Source: Pyrodictium delaneyi (GTDB lineage: Archaea > Thermoproteota > Thermoprotei_A > Sulfolobales > Pyrodictiaceae). Taken from it: a DNA stretch of 32,000 nucleotides. Below, in pieces: positions 1 through 8,390 of the stretch. Position 1 is the first letter of the stretch; every line of letters starts with the position of its first letter. Under the pieces are notes generated by a model. It saw nothing but the letters and a program-made list of their open reading frames with translations. It was not told the DNA's origin and ran no database searches. The translations under genes and the position numbers were made by a program. Location: contig NZ_CP013011.1 in the NCBI RefSeq assembly GCF_001412615.1, positions 750,001 through 782,000 of the forward strand, read 5' to 3'.

Positions 1-503
1 CGTGGAGCCTTAACCCGTGGTTTGACCCGCTACGGGGCGCCTTTAGCGACCTCGGCTCCCCCAGGGCGCATCTCCCCTGGGTGTTCAACCTGGGTATGAT
101 AGTTTCCGGGCTTCTGGTGATGCTACTGGGCCTCACAGTCTATCGTGTCTCGGTGTTGAGGCTTGAGGCGGCTGGAGCAGCTCTCCTATCGGAGGCGGGA
201 GTCTTCCTGGCTCTTGTAGGCATGTTCCCTGAGGGAACTAAGCCCCACAGCTTCGTAGCAGCGTGGTTCTTTCTCCAGCTATACACGTCCTACGTAGTGC
301 TGGGTATGGCGCTATACCGGAGGGGGCTGGAGAAGCGTGGCCGGGCTCTGGCGCTGATAGGCGTGCTAGCGCCCCTTCTCGCAGTGTTAGTCGAGTACAC
401 TATGGGGTGGCCTTCCATAGCAGTTCTCGAGACTTATGCAGTACTCGCTGCTGATGCTGGTGCAGCAGTTCTGGCAGCGGCTTACCGGTGCACGGTTGTA
501 TAG
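1..503 (+). CDS. Polytopic membrane protein, 5'-truncated by the window edge (DUF998-like, tentative)
   Basis: The frame is open from position 3 (WSLNPWFDPLRGAFSDLGSPRAHLPW precedes the GTG at 81), so the gene probably starts upstream of the window. It has about four hydrophobic helices. The family assignment is from memory only. Confidence 0.6.
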   Translation, partial: WSLNPWFDPLRGAFSDLGSPRAHLPWVFNLGMIVSGLLVMLLGLTVYRVSVLRLEAAGAALLSEAGVFLALVGMFPEGTKPHSFVAAWFFLQLYTSYVVLGMALYRRGLEKRGRALALIGVLAPLLAVLVEYTMGWPSIAVLETYAVLAADAGAAVLAAAYRCTVV

Positions 504-590
504 GTGCTCTTTCGCGGGCGGAGGAGAACATTAGAACGCCGGGCGCTAAGGCATCTGCTATGAGATTTGAGGAGCTGAGAAAGGGGGTGG

Positions 591-839
591 ATGGTAATGG
601 TGCGTGTCATAGACCTGCGAGGCGGTGATTACGGGTGCCGTACGAGTCCCATAGTACTACTAGTGGATCATATTTCGAGGATAAAGACGAGTGGTGAGCG
701 GGGCCAAGAGTACGAGTTCCTACTCGACAGCGACATGGCGCCGCGTAGCCTCGTCCTAGAGTACATCGAGCGTAGTGGTCTAGAAGTGGTAGAGGTACGG
801 GAGGAGGACAAGACGCTCCGGATAAGGGTCAAGTACTAG
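591..839 (+). CDS. Small TusA/SirA-fold-like protein with a degenerate active-site motif
   Basis: 82 aa. VIDLRGGDYGCRTSP resembles the TusA 'DxRGxxCPxP' N-terminus, but CPxP is replaced by CRTSP. A purine-rich AAGGGGGTGG precedes the ATG. It lies next to a canonical TusA gene. Confidence 0.5.
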   Translation: MVMVRVIDLRGGDYGCRTSPIVLLVDHISRIKTSGERGQEYEFLLDSDMAPRSLVLEYIERSGLEVVEVREEDKTLRIRVKY

Positions 840-936
840 CCCAGAAGCGGGGACACCATCACCTGGCCTGGGCGCCTCTACACCTAGAACCCCCAGTCAC
901 GTTTCTAGGCCAACGACGGTACTGGGGGAGCATCTG

Positions 937-1191
937 GTGGCGCAGCAGGGCGAAGTCGTGGACCTACGTGGCAAGATATGCCCGGAGCCCTACGTACGGG
1001 CCATGAAGCTCCTAGAGCAGGCTCCGAAGGGCTCGGTGCTAAGGATAGTAATGGACTCCTGGCGCCGCGTGATAATGCTTGTCTCAGCCGTTAAAGCGCT
1101 TGGTATGAAGGTGGATGTAGCTAAGCATGACGAGAAGAGCTTTCTAATAACGATAGAGAAGAGCGTTGAGGAGAAGAAGGAGAAGAGCTAG
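937..1191 (+). CDS. tusA: TusA/SirA-family sulfur carrier protein
   Basis: 84 aa with the canonical VVDLRGKICPEPYV (CPxP persulfide-carrying Cys motif). GTG start with GGGGGAG 6 nt upstream. Confidence 0.75.
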   Translation: MAQQGEVVDLRGKICPEPYVRAMKLLEQAPKGSVLRIVMDSWRRVIMLVSAVKALGMKVDVAKHDEKSFLITIEKSVEEKKEKS

Positions 1192-1218
1192 ATGCCTTCT
1201 AAGGCCCCGGTGCTAATG

Positions 1219-2505
1219 CTAAGGCGGGCAGCGTAGCCGGTTCCTGGGCGGCGAGTCGCGCTCGGGACGGTTGGTGACCCTCTTCTCTATCTCGCGGCGG
1301 AACTGCTCCACAATCTCCTCGAGCACGTGAGCCTGCCCGTTCACTGCGGCGCGGTGAGCGTAGACTATCATGGGGCGTAGCAGCTTCTTGACCAGGCTCT
1401 GGGCGAAGTCCCCCGTGGCCGTCAGCGCGGCGCCGTCGACGCCCAAGCCCCGTAGCCTGCCGTGTAGCTCCTGGAGCTCCTCCTCCACGACGCGGCCCGC
1501 ATACTCCATCATAACCGCTATGGCCTCGTCAGCGGCCCTCCTCATCCAGGCCTTCCGGAAGAGGGCGAGCTGCTCCTCTACTATCCTCTCCGCCTTTGGG
1601 ACCTCCTGGCGGCGACGCTCCAGGGTCTTTTGTATCACCTTCTCGAGGCCCTGGAGCCCTATGTAGCCGAGGTGGCTGGGCACCGGTAGCTCCACAGCCG
1701 AGGGGTTTGAGACGTCTACTACCAGTGCACCGTGCTTCATCCTCTCTAGCAGATCCCGGGTGAGTAGAGGCTTATCCACAGTAACAGCGACAAAGACGAC
1801 GTCGGCATACTCTAGGAGCTCTGGTAGCTTGTCGAGACTGTAGGCCTCCCCGCTTACCTTCTTTGCCAGCCTCTCTGCTCTCTCATAGGTACGGTTGACT
1901 ACCATTAGTCGGGCGCTGCTGCTCTTTTGCCGAATCAGGGTGGCTATTATTGAGCCAGCTTCACCCGCGCCTACGACTAGGACTCTTCTCCCATCGTAGC
2001 TCCCGAGAACCTTCTCGGCGGCATGCACGGCTGCTCCGGGCGCGCCCACGTTGCCGTAGGATATCATGGTCTTGCTACGTACTAGCTTACCAGTCTTAAC
2101 GGCGTAGTGGAAGAGGAGGGACATGTATTTGCCCGCATAGCCCCGGCTCCTAGCGGACTCGTAGGCCTTCGCCACCTGGCCGAGGATCTCGTTCTCTCCG
2201 AGGATAGCTGACTCGAGGCCGGCAGCGACACGGAATAGGTGACGAGCCGCGTCGAGCCCCCGGAGGACGACAGCGTACTTCGCGGCGTCGCCTAGTAGGC
2301 TCTCCGCCTCGATTAGGAGCCGGGGCGATTCAAGCGCGTAAACCTCGAAACGGTTACACGTAGCAAGGATGACGAGTTCATCGGTATAGGGGTAGAGGCG
2401 CTCATAGGCTTGCTCTACGAGATTTTCAAGCTTCCCAACTACTTTGAGCGGTGCACTACGGTGGTTGATGGTTATCAGTATTAGTTCGTCAAGAGTCCTT
2501 GCCAC
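1219..2505 (-). CDS. hemA: Glutamyl-tRNA reductase (first step of tetrapyrrole/haem synthesis)
   Basis: ILATCNRFEVY active-site motif, LFRVAAGLESAILGENEILGQV and VVGAGEAG Rossmann motif, collinear with archaeal GluTR. The longest ORF runs to 2625. The extra 40 aa look non-homologous, and a GTG at 2505 puts the start 8 aa before LILITINHRSAP, as in other GluTRs. The start is uncertain. Confidence 0.85.
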   Translation of the reverse strand: MARTLDELILITINHRSAPLKVVGKLENLVEQAYERLYPYTDELVILATCNRFEVYALESPRLLIEAESLLGDAAKYAVVLRGLDAARHLFRVAAGLESAILGENEILGQVAKAYESARSRGYAGKYMSLLFHYAVKTGKLVRSKTMISYGNVGAPGAAVHAAEKVLGSYDGRRVLVVGAGEAGSIIATLIRQKSSSARLMVVNRTYERAERLAKKVSGEAYSLDKLPELLEYADVVFVAVTVDKPLLTRDLLERMKHGALVVDVSNPSAVELPVPSHLGYIGLQGLEKVIQKTLERRRQEVPKAERIVEEQLALFRKAWMRRAADEAIAVMMEYAGRVVEEELQELHGRLRGLGVDGAALTATGDFAQSLVKKLLRPMIVYAHRAAVNGQAHVLEEIVEQFRREIEKRVTNRPERDSPPRNRLRCPP

Positions 2506-2774
2506 GGGTACCACCAGCGGCTCTCCGCGGAGCTTACAGAGACAGCGCTGGCTCCACCATGCGGAGGCTTGTCCGGGTATAGATTGATAACCACCTATCC
2601 CCATTAAATAGGTTAAACCAGTCATGGGCGTGCCGGAGATATGTAGTTCTCAAATCAATCCCCAGTATTACACGATTCATAAGTATTTCAAACAGCATAC
2701 TCGTATCCATCAATGGCCGTTATATCCATAAAGGGTTGCCCCCGAAAACTATCGGCGAGGAGGTAGGATAAGCC

Positions 2775-3572
2775 TTGCCAGCAGACCCGCTACTCGTCTT
2801 CGCTCTCCGCTATAGCAACGAAGGCCGCACGTGTATAGCACAAGAGCTTATACAAAAAGCCGAGCAACTATGCAACATGGGTAGTCTTGTAGGCTGCAAG
2901 CTGGGCGAGAGCGGCCGCGAGCTTCTACGCCCAGTTCTCGCTGCTAAGCTCCTCTATGCCTCTAACCATGAGGACAATCTAGAGGTTTGGCTCCGCGTTA
3001 GTGGCGAGCCGCAGGCCCTTCAGGCACTTGAGACTGTAATGAAAAGGGAGAAGGGTGTAAGCTTCCAAATAGTCAGCGAGAATAAGTACAGCATAATTGT
3101 ACGGCTCATACTCTCCAAGGATAGATGGTGTAGTAACTGCCAGTGGTGCCCCCTAGCCAGAGCCCCGCCTGGCAGTATGGTGAAGAGTGTCCTCATGACA
3201 AGCGACTTCATGCTAGTAGAGCTTGTAGTGGCTAAGACACAGGCATTGAAGGCGCTGGAGAGTCGTGGCTTCGAGATAGTCTATAGTGCTCGTGTAGAGG
3301 AGGTAGACTTCGCCCTTACCGCGAAGCAGGAGCTAGCCCTCGTGTTAGCCTACCTCTACGGCTACTACAGCCACCCCAGGAAGATAAGCATCAAGGAGCT
3401 AGCAGCTAAGCTTCGCATATCGAGCTCGGCACTAGCGGAGCTACTCCGCAAAGCAGAGCTAAAGGTGATAACACGCTACGTCATGGAGGAGCTGCCTCAC
3501 TACCTGATACACCAGGTTATGTATGCTATACCGGTGCCCCGAGAAGGTCGTTCTGGCAAGACACAGTCCTAG
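2775..3572 (+). CDS. HTH_10 (bacterio-opsin activator/Bat-type) transcriptional regulator with an N-terminal Cys-cluster domain
   Basis: C-terminal LTAKQELALVLAYLYGYYSHPRKISIKELAAKLRISSSALAELLRKAELKV matches the Bat-type HTH_10 consensus. WCSNCQWCP (CX2CX2C) lies at aa 118-125. TTG start with GAGGAGGTAGG 8 nt upstream. Confidence 0.7.
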   Translation: MPADPLLVFALRYSNEGRTCIAQELIQKAEQLCNMGSLVGCKLGESGRELLRPVLAAKLLYASNHEDNLEVWLRVSGEPQALQALETVMKREKGVSFQIVSENKYSIIVRLILSKDRWCSNCQWCPLARAPPGSMVKSVLMTSDFMLVELVVAKTQALKALESRGFEIVYSARVEEVDFALTAKQELALVLAYLYGYYSHPRKISIKELAAKLRISSSALAELLRKAELKVITRYVMEELPHYLIHQVMYAIPVPREGRSGKTQS

Positions 3573-3927
3573 TAGCTCTCCGTCGTGCAGCACCTTCACC
3601 TAGGTATCCACGTCTCACTGATTGCGGGTTTTAGGTATCATACATTGGCTCTGGTTGTTCCCCGCTCTAGTGCATCCTTTGTCCCATTATGCTCTAGAGA
3701 ATCGAGCATGCCTCGGGGCTGGTGGGTATACTGGTCGATACACTAGGGGGTATATCAGCCCACTTGTCAACTCTCTGTATCCCTAATAAGCTGGATGTTG
3801 CCTCGTTTCTAGCCTTGCTCTTTCTTTGGTAGTTTCGGGCAACCTTTAAGCCGGTAGCTCCTACTATTATCTAATACTAGTATAACTGGGGCTTCCAGAG
3901 AACCGGAGGCATGGGGGTGGATAACCC

Positions 3928-4413
3928 ATGCCGAGGAGGGGTATCAACTGGGCAGTTGAGGTCCTCCGGAGGATTAAGGGGCTAGAATTCCCAGTGACTA
4001 AGGAGCAGCTACGCGAGAAGCTCAGGGACTTCTACTACTACGGTATACCGGCGACCCGGATCCTCGACGAGGTAGAGAAGGAGAGCTTTGCTAGCCCGGC
4101 TGAACTCCTAAAGGAACTGGCAGAGGCTATACGGAGGCTTGAGGAGCGTGGAGAACTACCGGTGACTGCTAGGAGGGGCATTAACTGGGCTGCTGAGGTG
4201 CTGAAGAGGATACGCGGCTTAAGCTTCCCCGCATCCAAGGAGCAGGTGAAGGAGAGACTCGCTGGGCTGGCTTGGCACGGCGTTAACATTGAGAGAATCC
4301 TCGACGAGGTGGAGAGGGAGAGTTTCGCTAGCCCGGCTGAGCTCCTAAAGGAGCTAGCGGAGGCAATAAGGAGGCTTGAGGAGAGAGGCGAGCTGCAGGT
4401 AGCCCAACACTAG
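3928..4413 (+). CDS. Tandem two-domain protein (DUF2795-like repeats)
   Basis: 161 aa made of two 79-aa copies (RRGINWAxEVLxRIxGLxFPxxKEQ...ESFASPAELLKELAEAIRRLEERGEL). The FPxxKEQ...F.SP pattern resembles DUF2795 (from memory). Confidence 0.7.
   Translation: MPRRGINWAVEVLRRIKGLEFPVTKEQLREKLRDFYYYGIPATRILDEVEKESFASPAELLKELAEAIRRLEERGELPVTARRGINWAAEVLKRIRGLSFPASKEQVKERLAGLAWHGVNIERILDEVERESFASPAELLKELAEAIRRLEERGELQVAQH
3931..4404 (+). repeat. Intragenic tandem duplication, 2 x 237 nt
   Basis: Unit 1 is 3931-4167 and unit 2 is 4168-4404. The 3' third of each unit (GAGAG(C/T)TT(T/C)GCTAGCCCGGCTGA...GAGGCTTGAGGAG) is nearly identical at nucleotide level, while the 5' parts have diverged. Confidence 0.85.
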
Positions 4414-4471
4414 CACCGGTAGCTACCATAATCGGATCATTTTTGTATGTAGCATATGTAGCAACTGTGGA

Positions 4472-4840
4472 TCATTTCACTTGTTGATATTTTGGCCGCT
4501 CTGTTGGACAGGTTTTACCCATCAAACTGAGTAATTGACGACATATGGTACACATGTCTATGGGTTCCCCTTTGAGGAGACGCTGGGATATCCACTCTAC
4601 TAGCTCGCTGAAGCCTGACAACTTTTCTAGCTCGTCTAGTCCCTGAGGGCGTCGATGACCACGGAGTACATAGTTGAGAAGTGGTTGTTGTACTCCCGTG
4701 AGTTTGGCTGCTTTTAGCTGGGTAACGCCATGTTTCTTTACTAGGTGTATAGCGACGGCTATCCTAATGAGCCGGGAGTACCGGGTTACGTACTCTTCGC
4801 AAACAGATGGTGTTATCAGCGATTTATTTATAGTTGACAT
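4472..4840 (-). CDS. Small HTH-type transcriptional regulator (tentative)
   Basis: 122 aa. GVTQLKAAKLTGVQQPLLNYVLRG looks like an XRE-type helix-turn-helix. The C-terminus has CTIC...C cysteines. The family call is weak. Confidence 0.45.
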   Translation of the reverse strand: MSTINKSLITPSVCEEYVTRYSRLIRIAVAIHLVKKHGVTQLKAAKLTGVQQPLLNYVLRGHRRPQGLDELEKLSGFSELVEWISQRLLKGEPIDMCTICRQLLSLMGKTCPTERPKYQQVK

Positions 4841-4926
4841 GCTGTATCCCTTCTATCCTTAGCTCGGGGTACCCTTGACCCTATGCTATAGTTTGGGCTG
4901 CAATTCTGTCTACCGCTCTGTGGCGA

Positions 4927-6174
4927 TCAAGCCGTCTTCGTCAACTTTTCAAGGACCTTAGCGAGGCGGTCTATGTCTTCGGGTCCGTTGTATATGTAGA
5001 AGCTAGCCCGTACGGTGCCCCGCTCGAGGCCTAGGCTACGGTGCAGCGGCTCGGCACAGTGGAAGCCGGCGCGTACAGCTACCCCCTCCATGCCTAGAGC
5101 TAGCGCGACGGCGTGTGGCGCCTGGCCCTCGATGTTGAAGGCTACTATCCCTAGCCTGTCCTGGGTCTCCCAGCTCACTGGCTGGAAGCCCGGCACTTCC
5201 CTTAGCCTCTTCAGCGCATACTCTAGGAGGGTCTTCTCGTGCGCCTCTACCTTGTCCATGCCTATCTCTGCTAGGTACTTGGCGGCCTCGGCTAGACCGA
5301 CGGCTCCGGCTATGTGTGGTGTCCCGGGCTCGAACTTCCAAGGGGACTCCGCGAAATCGACCTTGAGCTCGCCGTCCTCGAGCCGGACACTCTTGACTAT
5401 GCCGCCGCCCTGGAATGCTGGCTCCATCTCCTCTAGATGGTCGCTCCGTATCCAGAGCACACCTATACCCGTGGGGCCGAGCATCTTGTGTCCACTGAAG
5501 AACAGCATGTCGGCCTCGAGGCTGTATACGTCTATCCTCATGTGGGGTGTACTCTGCGCCGCGTCGACCACCACTAGGGCGCCGTGACGGTGTGCCTCCC
5601 GGGCTATCTCCCGAACTGGATTAACGTAGCCCAGCACGTTGCTAGCATGTGTTAGAGTCACTACCGTTGTCTGGTCGTCGATCATACTGAGTAATACGTC
5701 TAGGTCTAGCCTCCCGTTCTCCTGGCGCACGGGAGCTAGCTCCAGGCGGGCCCCGGCGAGCCGGGCAACAGTCCTCCAGGGCAGTAGGTTGCTATGGTGC
5801 TCCATCACAGTGGCCACTATCTTGCTGCCCCTCCGGATCACGTTGTTGAGTAGCAGCATGTATGCGGCCATGTTGGCGGAGTCGCTCGCGTTGCGTGTGA
5901 ATATTATCTCGCCGGGGCTCCGGGCGCCTATGAACCTGGCTATGGTCTCGTGGGCCTCCTCGTAGAGCCGGGTAGCCTCTACAGCCAGCTCGTAGAGCCC
6001 CCGGGCTACGTTCGCATTGCTATGCCAGTAGAACCGGTCGACAGCCTCTATGACGCGGTGCGGCTTCTGTGTAGTAGCGGCGTTGTCGAGGTAGACTAGC
6101 CCCGGCTTCTCCTGGAATATGGGGAAGTCTGTGCGAATGCTCTCGTAGTCTAAGAGGAAACCTATACCTGGCAC
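4927..6174 (-). CDS. sufS: Cysteine desulfurase, SufS/CsdA-type (class V aminotransferase)
   Basis: FPIFQEKPGLVYLDNAATTQKP N-terminus, PLP-lysine motif FSGHKMLGPTGIGVLW, catalytic-Cys loop RAGFHCAEPL, and RASFYIYNGPEDIDRL C-terminus. GTG start. Confidence 0.9.
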   Translation of the reverse strand: MPGIGFLLDYESIRTDFPIFQEKPGLVYLDNAATTQKPHRVIEAVDRFYWHSNANVARGLYELAVEATRLYEEAHETIARFIGARSPGEIIFTRNASDSANMAAYMLLLNNVIRRGSKIVATVMEHHSNLLPWRTVARLAGARLELAPVRQENGRLDLDVLLSMIDDQTTVVTLTHASNVLGYVNPVREIAREAHRHGALVVVDAAQSTPHMRIDVYSLEADMLFFSGHKMLGPTGIGVLWIRSDHLEEMEPAFQGGGIVKSVRLEDGELKVDFAESPWKFEPGTPHIAGAVGLAEAAKYLAEIGMDKVEAHEKTLLEYALKRLREVPGFQPVSWETQDRLGIVAFNIEGQAPHAVALALGMEGVAVRAGFHCAEPLHRSLGLERGTVRASFYIYNGPEDIDRLAKVLEKLTKTA

Positions 6175-6226
6175 GGTTCAAGCACCCGTAGAGACAGCAG
6201 GCATGGATGAAGAGGGTGTGTAGAGC

Positions 6227-7438
6227 CTAGTTCCCAGCTGTGCTCTGGCTCTCGAAGTATTCGTTGAGCTGCTCCACGTATTTGAAGCCGTTGTCGGGGA
6301 AGACGAGGACGTAATCGCCTTCCTCCAGCTCTCCACGGTCCCTGAGCTTCATGAAGGCTGCTGCTACGGCGCCGCTGCTGAGGCCGGGTAGAATGCCGTC
6401 CCGGCGAGCCACAGTCAGTAGTGCTTCTATCGCCTCGCGTCTCGTGACCTCTACCACGGCGTCAGGTTTGACCCAGTGTATCCACTTCATGCCGGTCTCG
6501 ACCCTGCGTATACCGGGTATCACCTCGCCCTTGGCTGGCTGAACCATGTAGATCTTCGTGCCGCCGACCCGGTTCTTGAAGTAGAACGTTATCGCTGCCA
6601 TGTGGCCGGAGGTCCCTATGCCGCCCACTATGCCTCGGGGATTTACCCCGGCTGTGCGTAGCTGTAGCTCGAGCTCCTTAGCAGTATAGCGCAGGTGCAC
6701 CAAGAAGTTAGCATCGTTGCCGAACTGGTCGATGTGGAGAGCCCTGTCCCGGGCAGCGTCCCTCCGTACATCTTCGAGGAGGTCGACAGTGAGTGGTTTC
6801 TCGGTTCTTATCACCTCGGCGCCGAGAGCACGTAGCAGCGTGTCACTAGCCTTCTGTATAACGCGGGGGATGTACAGCCGTACCTTGAACCCATGTATAG
6901 CGGCCATGGCGGCTAGTGCCATACCCGTGTTAGTTGATGTAGCCTCGTACACTTTGTCGCCGCGCCAACCGTTCTCAAGGGCTTGCTTGACCATGTACCA
7001 GCCTATACGGTCCTTCACGCTCATGCTGTAGGGATTGTACCACTCCAGCTTAGCCCATACCCGGAACCCGTCCCCCGAGAGGCTACGCAGTCCTACTAGC
7101 GGCGTAGGCCAGCCCCGGTACAACAGCTCCATAGTGTCCCGGAAGACCCTCATCGGGGCGGGATCAATGTCGTCGTAGAACCCTAGATCCTCGAGCTTCA
7201 GCTCAATAGGTACCGTTTTGTCACGTGATGCTGGGATGCGACGAACGCCGAGCAGTCTCAGCGACCAGTAGATCCGTCGTGCTTCCTCGCCTAGCACTTT
7301 ACCGCTGCTATCAACGGGTATTGCAGAGGTCAGGCTGTTTTTCTGTAGAAGCTCGGCCATAACGCCTAGTAGCTCTTGGAGATTAGGCCGTGCTCCAGCG
7401 TCTAGCTCCTCTATGGGTACAAGTATGAATCCGGCCAC
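6227..7438 (-). CDS. Cysteine synthase family enzyme, O-phosphoserine sulfhydrylase-like, with a ~100-aa N-terminal extra domain
   Basis: KLEWYNPYSMSVKDRIG (PLP Lys), TSTNTGMALA and GGIGTSGHM motifs of the Trp-synthase-beta/CysK fold. The size and N-terminal extension resemble the Aeropyrum-type OPSS. GTG start. Confidence 0.85.
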   Translation of the reverse strand: MAGFILVPIEELDAGARPNLQELLGVMAELLQKNSLTSAIPVDSSGKVLGEEARRIYWSLRLLGVRRIPASRDKTVPIELKLEDLGFYDDIDPAPMRVFRDTMELLYRGWPTPLVGLRSLSGDGFRVWAKLEWYNPYSMSVKDRIGWYMVKQALENGWRGDKVYEATSTNTGMALAAMAAIHGFKVRLYIPRVIQKASDTLLRALGAEVIRTEKPLTVDLLEDVRRDAARDRALHIDQFGNDANFLVHLRYTAKELELQLRTAGVNPRGIVGGIGTSGHMAAITFYFKNRVGGTKIYMVQPAKGEVIPGIRRVETGMKWIHWVKPDAVVEVTRREAIEALLTVARRDGILPGLSSGAVAAAFMKLRDRGELEEGDYVLVFPDNGFKYVEQLNEYFESQSTAGN

Positions 7439-7498
7439 GGCCTGTTACACCACCTTTAGAACCACCTGCAGGATTAAACACCGTACGTCAAGTCTAGG

Positions 7499-7915
7499 CT
7501 AACTAAGGAGCACCTTGAGGGGGGTGTCTACTCGGGGTATCTCGAAGCAGACACGGTGCCGGCTTGTCTTAGGTGGGAGTAGCTTCTTCTCAAGTCCAGC
7601 CCTAACTACTAGGCTCTTGTCGACACTTATGTTGGGTCTCCACGAGCCGACCTCTACACAGGGCGAGTCGTACTCTACCAGTACTGCTGGTACATACTTC
7701 GCACCGAGCTGGCGCAGTGCTGCCACCCGGTGGTGTCCATCAAGTATAACCATGGTCTTGGCGTCTACCAGTACTGGGTATAGTAGGCGACTACGACGAC
7801 GGATATCTTCGGCTATCTTCTTGACGTGATCCTCTACTACCTCCTCATGTGGGCGCAGGGCGTCTATTGGGACTAGACTGATGCGGTAGGCTTGCCGGAG
7901 ACTTGCTCTCTGCAC
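7499..7915 (-). CDS. ParB/sulfiredoxin-fold protein (candidate free-serine kinase SerK/SbnI-like)
   Basis: 138 aa with LVPIDALRPHEE and VILDGHHRVAAL motifs typical of the ParB/Srx superfamily. It lies 60 nt upstream of, and co-directional with, the cysteine synthase gene. Confidence 0.6.
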   Translation of the reverse strand: MQRASLRQAYRISLVPIDALRPHEEVVEDHVKKIAEDIRRRSRLLYPVLVDAKTMVILDGHHRVAALRQLGAKYVPAVLVEYDSPCVEVGSWRPNISVDKSLVVRAGLEKKLLPPKTSRHRVCFEIPRVDTPLKVLLS

Positions 7916-8054
7916 TCCTACCCCAGCCTCCAGAACCCGCCTATAACAGTGTTATAGAGCTTATCAGTATTTCCCCATTAGTGTAAAAACTATCCATAAT
8001 AAACAGAACAAAAATGTAAATCTATTATGGCGACGCCCGAGAATCCAAGGAGCC

Positions 8055-8390
8055 CTAGAATCTGCCACCTCTCCCCCGGTCCGCAGCACGTTTCAGTATG
8101 CGCTTAACCGGCTCTGGATCACCTTTCTCAAGAGCATTAATCGCGTTTAAAACCTCAAGCGCAGAGCGGGAGAATCCTAGGAGCACACTCCGGAGAATAA
8201 CACGAGCCTTACGCGGATCCTTCTGGTAAGAGAGAAGAACCTTGTAGGCGGCAAGAGGATCACGAACTAGGAGGGTAGCAAAATCTACACGATAGGAAGC
8301 AAAAGCACGGTTGTCAAGTACCGCAAGGGCGCCCATGGCTACAGAGCGTAGACGTTCACGTACAAGCTGGATAACATTGCTATCCTGCAT
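8055..8390 (-). CDS. Hypothetical protein
   Basis: 111-aa ORF with an ATG start and a basic C-terminus (RAADRGRGGRF). I recognised no motif. It lies downstream of the KaiC-like gene on the same strand. Confidence 0.45.
   Translation of the reverse strand: MQDSNVIQLVRERLRSVAMGALAVLDNRAFASYRVDFATLLVRDPLAAYKVLLSYQKDPRKARVILRSVLLGFSRSALEVLNAINALEKGDPEPVKRILKRAADRGRGGRF

Noticed and set aside
5015-5965. Plus-strand ORFs (190 aa, 108 aa) and a 101-aa minus-strand ORF inside the cysteine desulfurase gene
   Set aside because: They are antisense or out of frame relative to a confidently identified SufS-type gene. The Arg/Ser/Pro-rich translations are typical of off-frame reading of GC-rich coding DNA.
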